From contig OZ199838.1 in assembly GCA_964304625.1 (NCBI GenBank), positions 3,498,440-3,562,439 of the forward strand: a stretch of DNA of 64,000 bases, in the 5' to 3' direction. The translations under genes were made by a program, and so were the position numbers. The notes beneath the pieces are model-generated. The model saw only the letters and a list, made by a program, of their open reading frames with translations. It had not been told where the DNA came from and ran no database searches. Positions 25,492-38,837 of the stretch are shown here, piece after piece; position 1 is the first letter of the stretch; the number at the start of each line of letters is the position of its first letter. Origin of the DNA: Kudoa neothunni (lineage: Eukaryota > Animalia > Cnidaria).

Positions 25492-28183
25492 CTATAATAA
25501 AGGAATCGAAGTTTTATTATTGCTTAAAACCCTTTCATTTTCCAGATTGCAAAGACGTAAACCAGTCTAAATTTACAGTGAAGTTATAAGGAACAACGTT
25601 ACTAGCATCGTTTTATTACATAGTACTGACGCAAATTCCATAGAGGGATAGAAAAACAATCACCAATATTTCTATACATAATTATAAAATTATGATGTGT
25701 TTGTATTATTTTTACTTTTAGATTTGTCACTGACATAGAATTCATGCTTTGGTGGGACGGCGGAACTAACATTAATCAAATATTTACAATAAATGGCATT
25801 AAAATTTTTTATAAATTATTTTATGTGTAAATAAAGTTTATGATTTTATAATATGTAATTTATTAGTTAATATTATCAGCGAATATTGAAATTATAAGGA
25901 GATTCGCTGATAACTTTTAAACGACTATTTATTTTATCTTTAAAGTAATAGTATTTGAGAGATATATGTATATATAATTCTTGAATATAATATTATTACG
26001 TATAGGTATATGTTGAAGGAAAAAAAGTAATTTCATTGGCTGGGTTATGGTTTTCTGGCCTAATAGAAACATTAGATCCAATATAATTATGTCAAATACG
26101 TAATAAAATAAGCGCACCGCCCTTCCTTATTACAATACTAAGATTTAGTTATTTAAACTAAGAACAGATTCCTGTTGATTCACCTGATTTTCACCACATT
26201 GCACATTTTTACAAGGGCTATAATCATTGTATTTCGGCACACATTTACCCATGATACACAACTAAATACACTAAGAGTTTCAATTATTATCTATATTACT
26301 ATTCCATCCGGACATCTTATGTGTTCACAAGCATTTAAATTCTCCGTTGCACTAATACATCTATTGTTCATGCACATCTAGATTGGGTTATTGATTAGGG
26401 CAAAAATGTTAATAATACTTTGTTTTCACCACATTTGTGGCCATTTGGAATAAGTCCTAAGTGTGTACCTGTGATGGAATGATGCATCAATCTATTGGGT
26501 CATAAGTTTAATGCGGCCCTTAATTTTATTTTTACATGCACATTCCTCCCAAGGTTTTGCTGTTGTAATACATTCCGCTTATTGGGGTTCCCATAGGCGC
26601 AAAACAAGCCAGCACGCCACAATATTCATCCCTAGTATAAATTTTTAAATATTCTCAATTAGCGCAATCACGCATTTTTTTCTTGTGGTGGTGTAAGATC
26701 ATATTTATTTTGTCTATCCATCAATTTCTCACACCTTGGTTCGTATCTCGCCCTGTCTATTTACCTCAACATTAATCTCACGTAATTCCATATAACTTCT
26801 GTACTCGAGTTATGGGAAATAATACATTGCTGATTGGCATTTGGACAAATTCCGTTCGCACAATATGCCTATATATAAAAATACAAAATTTATATTATTT
26901 TGATTTATTTACACTGCCGGATCTACAGGGTGTCCCATCTGGTTTGCTGTTAGCTACTGGGCACTAAATGAGTTCATTAAAAGACAACCATGACAGTCAT
27001 TTAAATTTAACTTACAAAGGGACTTTTTCCAGAACATGTTTCTTCCAAGTGACATTCATCAGCTTGACGACACACATCACCCATTTTAAGCTTTACACAC
27101 ATAGAAAATAAATATATTCAGATAAAGCTACTTTGCATGATGAACAACATTCGCCTTTCGAACATTCCGCGTTTGGCTTTAGTTTGCATGTGGTCATATC
27201 GCAACAATTGACTTCGCCGCTGATGATACAGTTGGCCTCAAATCCACAGTCACATTCTTCCCCTGGATCTACCATCCCGTTTCCGCACACTTGAAATACA
27301 GGATGATTGATGTTGCTCTATATTAAATTAGATAAGAAGAGTTTTTAGATTCTAAATATTTCTTAATACCACCAAAAAGTCGTTTTTGTGGAAATTTTCT
27401 AGATGGGTTTTCAAATTTTCAAAACCTTTTACACTAAATGCTGGAGGGTATGGTAGGGTACTCGGCCTGGAGGAAATTATAATTATTTCTTCAAAATATT
27501 TTCTCATTATACCACTCATTGTAGACTGAACGCATGATACATCCGTATTCTTCATTAAAACATATACTACCTTTACGATGTAAATGAAATTATGTTTAAA
27601 TAAAACATGTTGGTTTACTTCCTTTCTCAACGTGACTTGAACCTAACATGTGTCCTAATTCGTGTGAGAATGTTATGTGATCTGTTTGTCTATCTAGTCT
27701 TTCTCCTTTGGATATCTACTCACAGGATGAATTGTTATTTTCTCAATCAATATTAACCTGTACAAGTGCCGATCCAAATTTAGGCAATCCATCGATGGTA
27801 AAAAGTGCTATACCCATTGGACCGCCACCTTGATTGTAAGGTTGATATCTTAGGTTCAATAATAAATGCGAGTAAATAACCAAAACTATTACACAAACAT
27901 CGTATGGTATCCACTGTTGATTGAAGAACTTACGAGGAATTTACGAAATTCTCTAACCATTACCGCCAGGGTTGTTCCTTTCTCCTGGAAGTTGCTCAGT
28001 TGGAAGGATCTTACAATTATCTTTATATTATGCCATGAATAAGTCTAAAACATATTAGAATTTACCTAGAAATATGTCAATACTTGCATTGATTTAACTA
28101 CGACAGATTTTAAATACGTGGATTCTCTCTGGTCTAGTTCAATCTTCAAGAAAATGATAAATATTATGTATCACACACTTATT

Positions 28184-28220
<37 letters not shown>

Positions 28221-30038
28221 ACCGTGCTCCTAGCTTTATGGATGTTTATATGAACATATCTAGTTTTTTCCATGCGTTTAATGTATTTTGGATCTCGCCA
28301 TAACTATATTGCATAAAGGATGTAAATATGCAGTACATATAATTTCATTGATAAAATAAAGAATTACTTCATTTTCTCCAGATTTATCTGCACCAGTATC
28401 TAAACCATAATTTAAAAAATAACTAGAATTAATTTATAATTATTGTCACATCTAGGTGTTATAAAAAAAAGAATGAACATATTTGCAATCATTGTCATAT
28501 TTAATCAACAACCCAGTATAATTCGGTATGGATCATGGTATAATGATCCTTATAGCATTAAGAATGTTTATTCCACATCTCATATAATCACATTAAAACT
28601 CAAAAAAACCATCCAAACAATACAATGAAGTAACCAAAACGATAACTATGAATCAACTGAAATCTGCCTCAATCGTTTTATTTATTATGGATCACGCTGA
28701 AACTTAATGATATTCCATTCACTTTATCTTTATCCAATAGATAATTAATGAAATGTAATATATTCAATAACTATTATCCTTTTATATATATATATATATA
28801 TATATAAACGAGGACTGACGGTATGTTTGTGTGTGTGTGTTTGTGTATGCCCCTAAGTACGCATAATTTTTTCCTTATAGAGAGCCATATATAAAGTTTT
28901 TATAAATTTGCGATATTTAAAAAATCGTTTAATTGTTTTTCGGACTACGAAAGTTTCCAAAAAGTATTTATGAAATAGTGATTTTGTCGATTTAAAGTTT
29001 GTTTTTCGGATTAAATGAGTTCAACGATAGGATTAGCACTTGCTTATTTCATGGTTATGGTCGGTTGAAGTTAACTATCTCCCTTATATGCTCCATCATA
29101 TGCTCATTAACTGCTTCTATCTATCTTTATATATAAGGTTGGCGTTTCTGTTTGGGTGTCTGTTTAAACACACTCCTTATTCGTGGGGCTTTAACGTATA
29201 TGACTTGATAAGTATATTTATAAGTTCTATCAATGGTTTTCAATGTGATAAAAAATCTATATATGTTTTATAAATAACGAATTCGTGGGAGAACGTTAAA
29301 GTTACGTTGATTGAAGCGTTATAATGGAAATACTGCGTTCATAGTTCTCATTAAATTGTCCGCTATGTTCTACTTTACGTGATTAAATTAAATGCGGATG
29401 GTTGTACTTTTATTTCACCAAATTATTTTAATTGTTTATGATAAAAGCGCGTGTATGTTTATACCGAGCTAAACGATGTCAATTTCAGCAATATCGATTA
29501 ATTTTCATAAGTTTTCTTCTATCTCTTTTATTTTTTCTATTTTTTTATCTTTTAAAAAGTTAGTGGTGCACCCAGTTACTGATCCAAGTCAGAATTCGAA
29601 ATTTAAAAATCCCCCGGGCCAAAAAATAACGTTTTAGATAACACTTTAACGGGATTTAAATAATTCGGAATGAAAAAAAATACAACGTTGACCTTAACTT
29701 GTTTAGCGTTGATGCCGAGCCACGAAATTTTTAAATGGACGCCGGGATTGATGCTTTCCTTCACAAAAATTATCATTATTTAAATTGCATAATCCAAATC
29801 GTTATAGTAAGTTGCTTAAAAATTTTTAGTTATTTTGCTTCTATGGGTTAATTCGAGATTTCAATATATTTTTTGAATGCTATTAAAAAATGCCTCTAGG
29901 CGAAATCTTCCCCAAGCAACGCTGGGCAGTTCGAACTAGTAGTTATTAAATAAAATTTTAACTTACCGTTCAAAAAGTATGTTAACCATACAAAAACGAG
30001 AAACAATATAAACCAACACTTTTAAATATCAATAACAT
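25492..30038 (-). CDS. ADAM-type membrane metalloprotease (reprolysin, disintegrin, Cys-rich, TM, short tail), about 20 short exons; exons upstream of about 28400 are uncertain
   Basis: Zinc motif [11 protein letters not shown] (27664-27632), Met-turn GCIMR, disintegrin [15 protein letters not shown]...GECCSSCK, Cys-rich YCGVLAC and [13 protein letters not shown]|[29 protein letters not shown], stop at 25492. Candidate signal-peptide exon [17 protein letters not shown] at 30038. Confidence 0.88.
28187..28215. repeat. (TA)n microsatellite in an ADAM intron
   Basis: Direct TA dinucleotide run. Confidence 0.9.
28777..29939 (+). mobile_element. Non-autonomous Helitron(s): two 5' ends (28777, 29120) and one 3' end
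   Basis: A|TC starts followed by TATATAA and GT-rich microsatellite-like tracts. The 3' hairpin CCCAAGC-AAC-GCTGGG (29911-29926) is followed by CTAG|T. Confidence 0.7.
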
Positions 30039-32677
30039 TTCTACGATAGAGTTTTTGTTAGTTTAACGGCAACAAATGGTGAATAAGCAATTTTCAGGTA
30101 GACTTTATTATTCAGTTTTCATTTTTATTTAATTATTGATAATGTAGGAATTAATAGGTTTAACTTCTTTAAACTACATTTTGTGGATACAATAACCGGA
30201 TTCTATCGAATAACAAATAAATCTTCAATATTTTAAAATCTTAAGTTACTTTAATGAATGCTTTTAGAGATTTTGTACATTTATTATGTATACATTGGTG
30301 TTTCAATGAAATTTAGCCATCGCAACTGGCCAACCCAGTCAATAAACACATTACTCGGATTATTTCTCGAATATTCAAGGAAATAACGAGACACAATCTG
30401 AGTTAATCAATGCTTAAAAAAATAAAACACCACGAATTTTTATCTTATGTTTTAAATATTTTTATTATAATCTATTTTACTTTTAGAATTACATTACGCG
30501 TAAATTAAAAGCCACCGTTTGTTCGTATATAATGATCTTAGTTGGTATTATATGAATACATTAATATGATAATCCTTATAAACCTTTGGTTTGGTGATCC
30601 AAATTAATCAAATTGCTATACTTATATCATATATGATTTTATTAAGTTAAATGTGAATTATTGGATATTTACATATTCTCATAATAATAATCTTAGTCGA
30701 ATTTTGCTCATTTGTTCATTGTTAAATAAACAGCCCACAATCATTTAAATCATTAATAAAAAAATGTAACTTGTGATTGTTCTTAAATTAGTTTTCAATT
30801 GACAAAAAACTTACTACAGATGATTAAATTGTGTAGTTCTGTTTACTCAGAATATCTCTGCGAACGATAGAGGCACGGGAGAGTCATGTTAGCTTTACGA
30901 GGTTGTTTGTAAAATTAGTTACTGAACATCTTCGTTTCAGAACAATCAATTCAAAAACCTTCTCCATCAGTTAATTGGATCACAAAGGCCGAAAAAAATT
31001 ATTATCCAAAATAAAAATAATCAATTTTCATTGGAGGATTTTATTGTTGGTTTTAAAAACTTCAAAAGTCCCATTAAAACTTTTTCTTAGATTACCACTA
31101 TTCCACACGTCATTTACAACATTAAAATATTCTAAAGATATTATTCTATTAATTAACTACTTCAAAATATTACAAAAATAACATAAAATAATATCAAAAC
31201 TTTTTCTATAATTTTTATAATTTTAAGTTCTTTAATAATCATTTATTGAATATTTCGCTTTTTTCAGACAAAAGTAGCTTGGTAGAGAATAAAAACATTG
31301 TTTTTCCTTAAATTTTAAGTTATCTATAAAGAATGTAATTAGCCTTATTTTTAATACATATATTTAATAATCATCGCAATAATAATGGTGAATAAAAGTA
31401 TTAAAGTAAATAATTCCACATTTCTTTCAAAAATTATTGTTAGGTTTTAAAAATCTCTTAAAAATATGTTTTCAAATAATAAAATAGAATTTATTTCATT
31501 TTTAATGATTCGGTGAATAAAAATATTATTTCTCGTTAAATTAAAAGAAAGAATGGCTAATGGCTCCTGTCTAAATAATCAATGAGTATAGTTTTAGCCG
31601 TAGTTAATTATTTTTGACGCCTAAGAGTGATAGAAATAGGCCAAAAATACTCAAATACATAAGATTCTAAAAAATAAAGTTTATACATAAACTATTAATA
31701 GGAATTTCTTGGATTAAAAATGGAAGCAAGAAAGAGTACATGTCATTTAGTTGTTTTTCTGATAAACATTTAAACTTGTTTACTTTAATTTGACATCAGT
31801 TCTTCCTATAATGTGCTGAATCATATATACGCGTAAAATAGTGTATAATTATTATTAGAGTTTAATTAATAAAAAATACATTTTAATATTAATAATTTTG
31901 TATTACTTTAATTTTCACTTAAAATTTTATTCACATTCCTCAAATTAGATGGAGGAATTTTTTTAATAAATTTGTCATCAACAATTCAGTTATCCTTTTA
32001 GAAACTGTATGATCACACGAAAGCTTCCTTGGTAGTCGACCTCAGTTTTAACTTCACAAGTGATCAATTTCACGTAATCCCCTTCCGAGAAAAGAAAAAG
32101 GTTTATATAGTCAGAACTAAAAATGATACCTACTTTTATTCATATGATTAAATAAAGGAAGTACTATTTTACTCTATTGTAGTTTTTTCGAAACTTAAAA
32201 CAACTTTAGTATCTACATCATAATTGTTGCTTGTTTATTACCCTCAAAAAATTTGTATATCAATATATCCCTTAAAAGTATTCAATTTTAAGCACATAAT
32301 ATGCATAAGAATATGATAACTAAAGTGCTCTAGTTTTATATTCAATTATGAATAAGACACTAATAATGCATCGAGCGAAATGGTACAGCATCATGTAAAA
32401 AGGTGCCCGGTGATTAACGTGATATAGATGGGTTGTAGTGGATATATTAGCGAACTAGATTTTGCCCTAAAACGTTCATGTGTTGGTAAGGTCTGATCCA
32501 AAATGTCCAAAAATAGTCAAACGTCAAATCCGACTCTCTCATTATACCACATTACGTCTATAATGGATCACACAAAGTGACAGGACACTTTAACACAGTT
32601 TTCATTACTGAAATGATACGGACAGCGCAGATACATTTCCTTCCCGAGATCAGAGTTGATCTTTAAACTTTTAAAAG

Positions 32678-33233
32678 CAGGTTTCGGCAACCTTGTTGAG
32701 TAACAGGCCGAACAAACATACCCTAACTGTAATGTGGACTGTGTCGTATTAAAATTAATTGATTAAAATATTGAATTATTGTTAATTCAATTTATTATTT
32801 TAATATATAAATAAGAATTTATATAAGTCGTTTTAACTATAAATGTACGTCAAATCGAAAGTATTTTATTCTAAAAATTGCAAATGCAGTGTAATCAACT
32901 CGTGCATAGATTGTGAATAAAGAATTATTGGACAACGTCAAATATCATTATATGTAGCTAATTGTTTTTTAAAAATATTTTACAGATTTATAGAAATAAT
33001 TTTAATGTTATTTTAGCCGGTATATCTATTCAGAGTTCATAATTTAATGAATATGATTTTATACCGACAACATACATATTAACATTTTGAAGGATGACCT
33101 TGATAAAAACTTGAAAATTATTTAGTTATTTAAGATATTAAGAAAAATTTGTATATTGGTCAATGCATAGCGAGCCGGATAGAGATAACTAAGTGGTCGG
33201 ATTAGGTCCCGGGTCGTAGGTTGCCGACCCCTG
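32678..33233. mobile_element. hAT (Charlie/Buster-type) MITE
   Basis: TIRs CAGGTTTCGGCAACCT / AGGTTGCCGACCCCTG; imperfect 8-bp TSD TTTAAAAG / TTCTAAAG. Confidence 0.8.
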
Positions 33234-33775
33234 TTCTAAAGCATCAATCAAATGGCCATGCACTTGAATCACCTCCCTGTCATTCAAAATTCACTTTGAG
33301 AAAAGTGCTACGTGACTTAAGGATATTTAACGTGCTTAAATACAAGAAATATGACTAAACTATGTCTGATTCAAATGGAATTTTTAAGAAAATGATTTAA
33401 CTTTAAAATTGAATATTATTTATATTTTCTGCGTATATATTGAAAATTTCGTTACTATAATAATTGTTACTGTCAAAAATTTTATTATTTTTAAATACAA
33501 AACAGTTAGAAAAACGTTTAATTTTATTAAAGAAACTTTTAACACACAATACACTACTTAATACTCATAAGTTAGCTAGAGCTAGAATTTATTATTATCA
33601 TCAATCTAAAAAATTTAATATCTACGTCTTATGAGTAAATTTATTTTTAAAATTATTATTAACAAAAAAATTAACATAATAACAAAATAAACTCATATAA
33701 TTTGTGAACTCCTGACTCAACCCCGTTGAAAAACATTATCGCAAGCTATCGTTTGTTGACGACCTCTAAAAAATA

Positions 33776-35450
33776 ATGGTTTGTCAGCGGGTTGCATCCC
33801 GTGTTTTATTTCAATCCACGTTTTACGGTATCTTGCTCCAACTAGTTTGCAAGTTGGTGAATTTTTTCGTGAATGTTCAGATCGCCCGAAAAACTGATCC
33901 TGGTGTTCTTGGTTTGGTCAATGTGAAACTGATCCTTTTTCAAACTACTGTATTAACGTTGTCCAGGGAGCCATTTAGGAAGGCCCTTAGTTCTTCTGTG
34001 AGTTATTACGAGGTGGTCGAAATTGTTGAACGGATTCCGTTGGTAGGATTAGGCATGGCAGCCATTTTTGGACCAATCTGGATGTTTTTGTTGGCACCAA
34101 TTCCAGAAATTCCTTATTACAGAGCTTCATTAATTTGTTTTATTACTTCCACATTAATTGACCTATGTTCGGAACCCTTCTGGTATATTCTAAGAATAGG
34201 TGGACGAATTAGGACCAACATTATAATGGACATGTTATCAAATCTGACGCGTACTTTGTTTATAATTGGCGTACTTCGGTTGGATATGCTTAACAACGAA
34301 AATGCAGCTCTACTACTCTCCATGAGTTATTTGATTCAGTCAGCTTGTAGTTACTTGTTGAATCGTATCGCTAGCTCCTATTACAAACAATCCGATTCCC
34401 ACGCACACAAGTCAGACATATCCTCATTAATGATTACCAAATTCTTTAAGCAAACAATTATTAAACAATCTTTGACTGAATGTGAACGATATATCATGGC
34501 AATGAGTACTTTTATTCCTCTACGCGAGCAAGGGATGTACGATACTATAAGTAACATAACATCACTTGTGCCTAGACTGTTGTACGCACCGGTGGAGGAA
34601 TCTATGTACGTTTTTCTGTCAAAAACACTCCCGCGATCAAACTCCACAGATCTCTCTTTGGCCGACTCTAACAAAAGTTACAAATATGGAATTCAAATGT
34701 TCTCCTATGTTCAACGTTTATTTTCCATTATCGGAATTGGTTTGTTAACGTTTGGACTTGCTTTATCAAACGATATTCTTTTATTTTATTTCGGATCCCC
34801 TGAAAAAGTCACCGACCAATGTATGAATTAATAACAATATAATATTTTCTAATTTTTTTATTAGATATACTTATGATGGATTTCAGTTTTGTATACATAA
34901 GTATCATTTCATTGAATGGAATAAGCGAGGCTTTTCTCTTTGCCACTTTATCCTCGAGTGCGATGGAACGACACAACAAACAAATGGCATTGTTCTCTTT
35001 GATTTATTTGATACTGTGCATTATTACTACGCCATTTATGCACGCATATGGATTTATTTTTGCACAATGTGTAGTTATGTTTTTAAGGATTTTAACCAAG
35101 TAATCGACAATAATTCACGTCATTGTTTGATATTTTTTAGCATCGACCACATTAGAACTTATTGCAATTATCTGGGTGTGCCTTGGACGATGTCGAATTC
35201 CTTCTTACCTCATCCGATGCTAACTGCGACCATCACATTGGGATCAATCCTACTTTTGATTGATTTTCCTGTTTTGTCTCGGATTTTTAGTTTTTTCGGG
35301 AAATCTAGCATACCACATGTCATCGCACCAGCAACCACAACTTTATTACAAAGGTGTGGGGATATTTTCGTAGTTTTATTGTTAATAGCTTTGGTTTTCT
35401 TCCAAGTTGAAAAACAGTTGATAAATTTTGTAGTTTCTTGTGCTTATTGA
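33776..35450 (+). CDS. RFT1: RFT1, ER multi-pass protein of the Man5GlcNAc2-PP-dolichol pathway; exons 33776-34820, 34865-35099, 35141-35450
   Basis: LGLVNVKLILFQTTVLTLSREPFRKA, KQTIIKQSLTECERYIM, EQGMYDTISNITSLVPRLLYAPVEESMYVF, SLNGISEAF; introns of 44 and 41 nt join the three ORFs. Confidence 0.93.
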
Positions 35451-38400
35451 ATTCTCTTTATTTCTATACTCTAATCATTCTCCAGATGTTTTCTGTTAAT
35501 GTATTCTAAGAGCATGTATATATGTTAACGGTCTTCTGCGTGGCTCTCCTATTATTGGTGTGTTATTTAAATTGTTGCATTTATGCTTTAAATTGATAGT
35601 TTTTTATAAGATCTAAACTAGTTTTAAATAGAGTTGTTTACTAAAAATTATATTTACATACTTATGCAGCATCGAATTATATTCCGGTGAATCATCACAA
35701 GATTTTAGTGTGTATTGGTTTTTTTATATTTAGCAATTGTGTTTTAATCGTTAATTTTATAAATCTTTAAAAAAAATTTTTTATGTAATGTAGTTGGTTT
35801 ATTGGATGTAATACAAGATTTTTGGCATTAACTTGTTATTCGTGATCTAACGTGAAATCATGAGCATAATTCTAGCTTATTTGGTCTATTTTAATATACG
35901 TAATAGCCCAAAAATAGGCTTTGTTTATATTTATATTTGATCGAATTTAATATTTTTATTAAATGTAGTCTTCCCAATTGATCCTAAATAAAACAGGTTA
36001 TAATATTTATCATAATTATGACAGATTTAATCATATCCATTTTTTTGTTTTGTCTTATTATTTGGTATTCCGAAAATTGAATTACACACCTAACATGTGG
36101 GATGCGATGTCATTTTCAAATGAATGTTAATGTTCCTCTTATCTTTCAATAAAAATAACCATTATGTGGTCGCTCGTGATGAGGGGTAAAATATTTGTTC
36201 AAGATTTCTACTGAGTTGAATTTGAGGTGAAGTATGTATCTTCCGTACTTCTTTGATAAGCGTTACAAGTGTCAAAGGATATTTTAAATTGTCGATTACG
36301 TTTTCAAAATAAGTACGAATGGTATGACATATCTTTAAATAAAACCTAACAAAAATAATGATTTTAATGAAATAAATTATATTGTGTTATTAATATTTCA
36401 AGGTAAGTATTAACTGAAAATGGATAACATTAAAATCTCATAGCTATCGCATGAATAGAGTAAGTGAATTAAGAATATTCCTCCGTTAAAACTTCTCTTC
36501 AATGATTACGAGTATTGAATACTTTAGTACTCAAAAATAGCGAACCATGTATGTTGTCCGCACAATAAAAGCTTGTATTTTAATTATGTAAAAATTCAAC
36601 TTAATCATCTTAAGAATAATTCGGGAGTACATTTATCTGTCAGAAAAATATAAAATTAATTATTAGGAGCATTTTTACATCAATTTTATTTATTATGATT
36701 CCTTTAAGTTTTTCTCAAGAAACATTGGTAAAGAGGGAGCAAATAAATTATTCTATCAATCAATGACACTTATTGTTATAAAGTTTGAGTTAATTTTTAA
36801 AATTGGCTAAATTATTTAGTGATTTAATCAAAAGTTTAAAATTTTCTGCAGTGGTTTTGAGTATTGGGGAGTTAGAATGTGGATATATTATCGAGGCAAA
36901 ACTACAAACTTCAGTTTAATTCAATAATTTAAGACTCACTACTATCGTCAATGAAACTTAATAATAAAAAAAAAGAATTATGCAATAAATTTACAATACT
37001 ATTTAAGAATAACTTATCTATATTTTCATATCTATCTAAATTCGAAATTTATTTAAATACACTATAAAACGTTAATAAATACAACAATACTTCGGATACT
37101 GCCAACGAACACGCGCATTGAAAAATTTTGTAAAATATCTGACGTGAAAAAGAATCAAATTTACTAATGCCAACTAGGTGTTCAAAAAATCGAGGGTATA
37201 GGGATTATCCACTATTTCGAAGAGATTAAATCAATATATTAACAAGATTGTGTGATTCGTTCACAGTGGATTTTTGTAATCAATGTTTGGAGAAATTTTC
37301 TTATCAAAATTCAGTATTGCATTATTTTTGGAATAGACTATTTTATTTCTTTCAAAATATGGGATAAACTACAGTACTACTCAATTTGTGCACGAACTTC
37401 GGGCGGTGTCGCGCACGAAATCTGAAATAATGTCGTTTCCTATAATTCGGCCTTGTTAATTCACTTCTATTTAAAAAGTTATTTCATTCTTGATTTTATC
37501 ACGAACAATTTCATTATGTAATTAAATTCAGCTAAAAAAGAATTAACCTATAAACTGGAAATAAATCTGAAGTCGAGTACATTCGGATTCACGTGGAATC
37601 TCTATGTTGTTGATAAATACATAAAAAAATTATTATTTCTCTATAGTTTTAACAAATTCGGGGTCTTTAATTGTTCACTGAATTTTTTTTCTTTGTATCT
37701 GTTAGTAATAAGTTTGTAAATATTCAATCATGTGACCTCGTATTTTTAGAATAGAACTTTCTGATTTATTCTATTCATAATTAAAACATAGATGTTTCAA
37801 TTTAACTATGACATTCCTTAACGTTGTTTTTGGTTTATAAATTTTTCGGGTAGTTTATTCATGATTAAAAAAATGTTATAACAATACTTGTTCCAAAATT
37901 CAAACATAAAAATTTTAAATTTATTTTATTAAGCTTTGTTTTTAGTTATTTATATTAAGTAACTAAAAACAAAAATGTTCAATAATTATTTTTTAATTAA
38001 AATTAACTTTAAAGTAGAGCAATCATCACAAATCAAAATATACGATTTTAAACATTTAGGTTAAATCGACTATGGATATTGACAACTTAAAAATAAACAT
38101 TTACTACTTAGTTTTTGAATATAAAGTGAAATATTACGTCATATTTTAAAATCTTTTTCAATATTTCTCGTGGTTGAATGTTACAGGCATTTTACACTAA
38201 TATAATTGATATACTGAGATGTATTATCTATTAAAATGTCTGTAAAACTTGTTACAACCACAACACGTTAAATCATGAAATTCCTATCCAAATGCTTAAT
38301 AATCATCATTTCAACACATAATCAATCACCCTCGTTTTTTTAGAAATTTCCCCTCGATTTTTAAAGGGCCTAATGTCAACAGATGGAGGATAGGCGTGTA

Positions 38401-38837
38401 AATAATTTGATTTGTATTACATATCACGATAACTCAATTTTTTTGAAGTTTCAGATAAAATTCAAACATTCAAAACATTCAGAGTCCAGAGAAATTAAAA
38501 AAATGATTCTTAGATTGCACATAAAGAGAAATTCACAACTTCATAAACATAAAAAATGTATTACACATTTTGATTTGGTGTTTGACATCGGAAACAAAAC
38601 CGCTCTTAAGCAGCTTCAAATATCTCCACAGGATGCTCACACTCACACATCCTTGGTTTTATGTTGCCGACAATTAAGGGGTATTATTAGATAGAAAAAA
38701 AAATAAATATACAATAAACAAAAAATTTTGAATTATATATGTAAAGTCAACATATAAATGATCAAGTATCCAAGAGCCCTATAGAGGTTCATTATATTCA
38801 GGTTTTAAAAAATTTGAACAGCTTCGATTCGGCGAAT

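Noticed and set aside
28443-28740. Stop-codon reassignment to explain stops in the ADAM 5' region
   Set aside because: Multi-kb exons of SF3B1 and SZT2 have no in-frame stops, and TAA, TAG and TGA all terminate genes in this window.
36176-36215. GTGATGA ... CTGA pair suggesting a C/D snoRNA
   Set aside because: Only about 40 nt long, with a weak terminal stem and no exact rRNA complement that I can verify.
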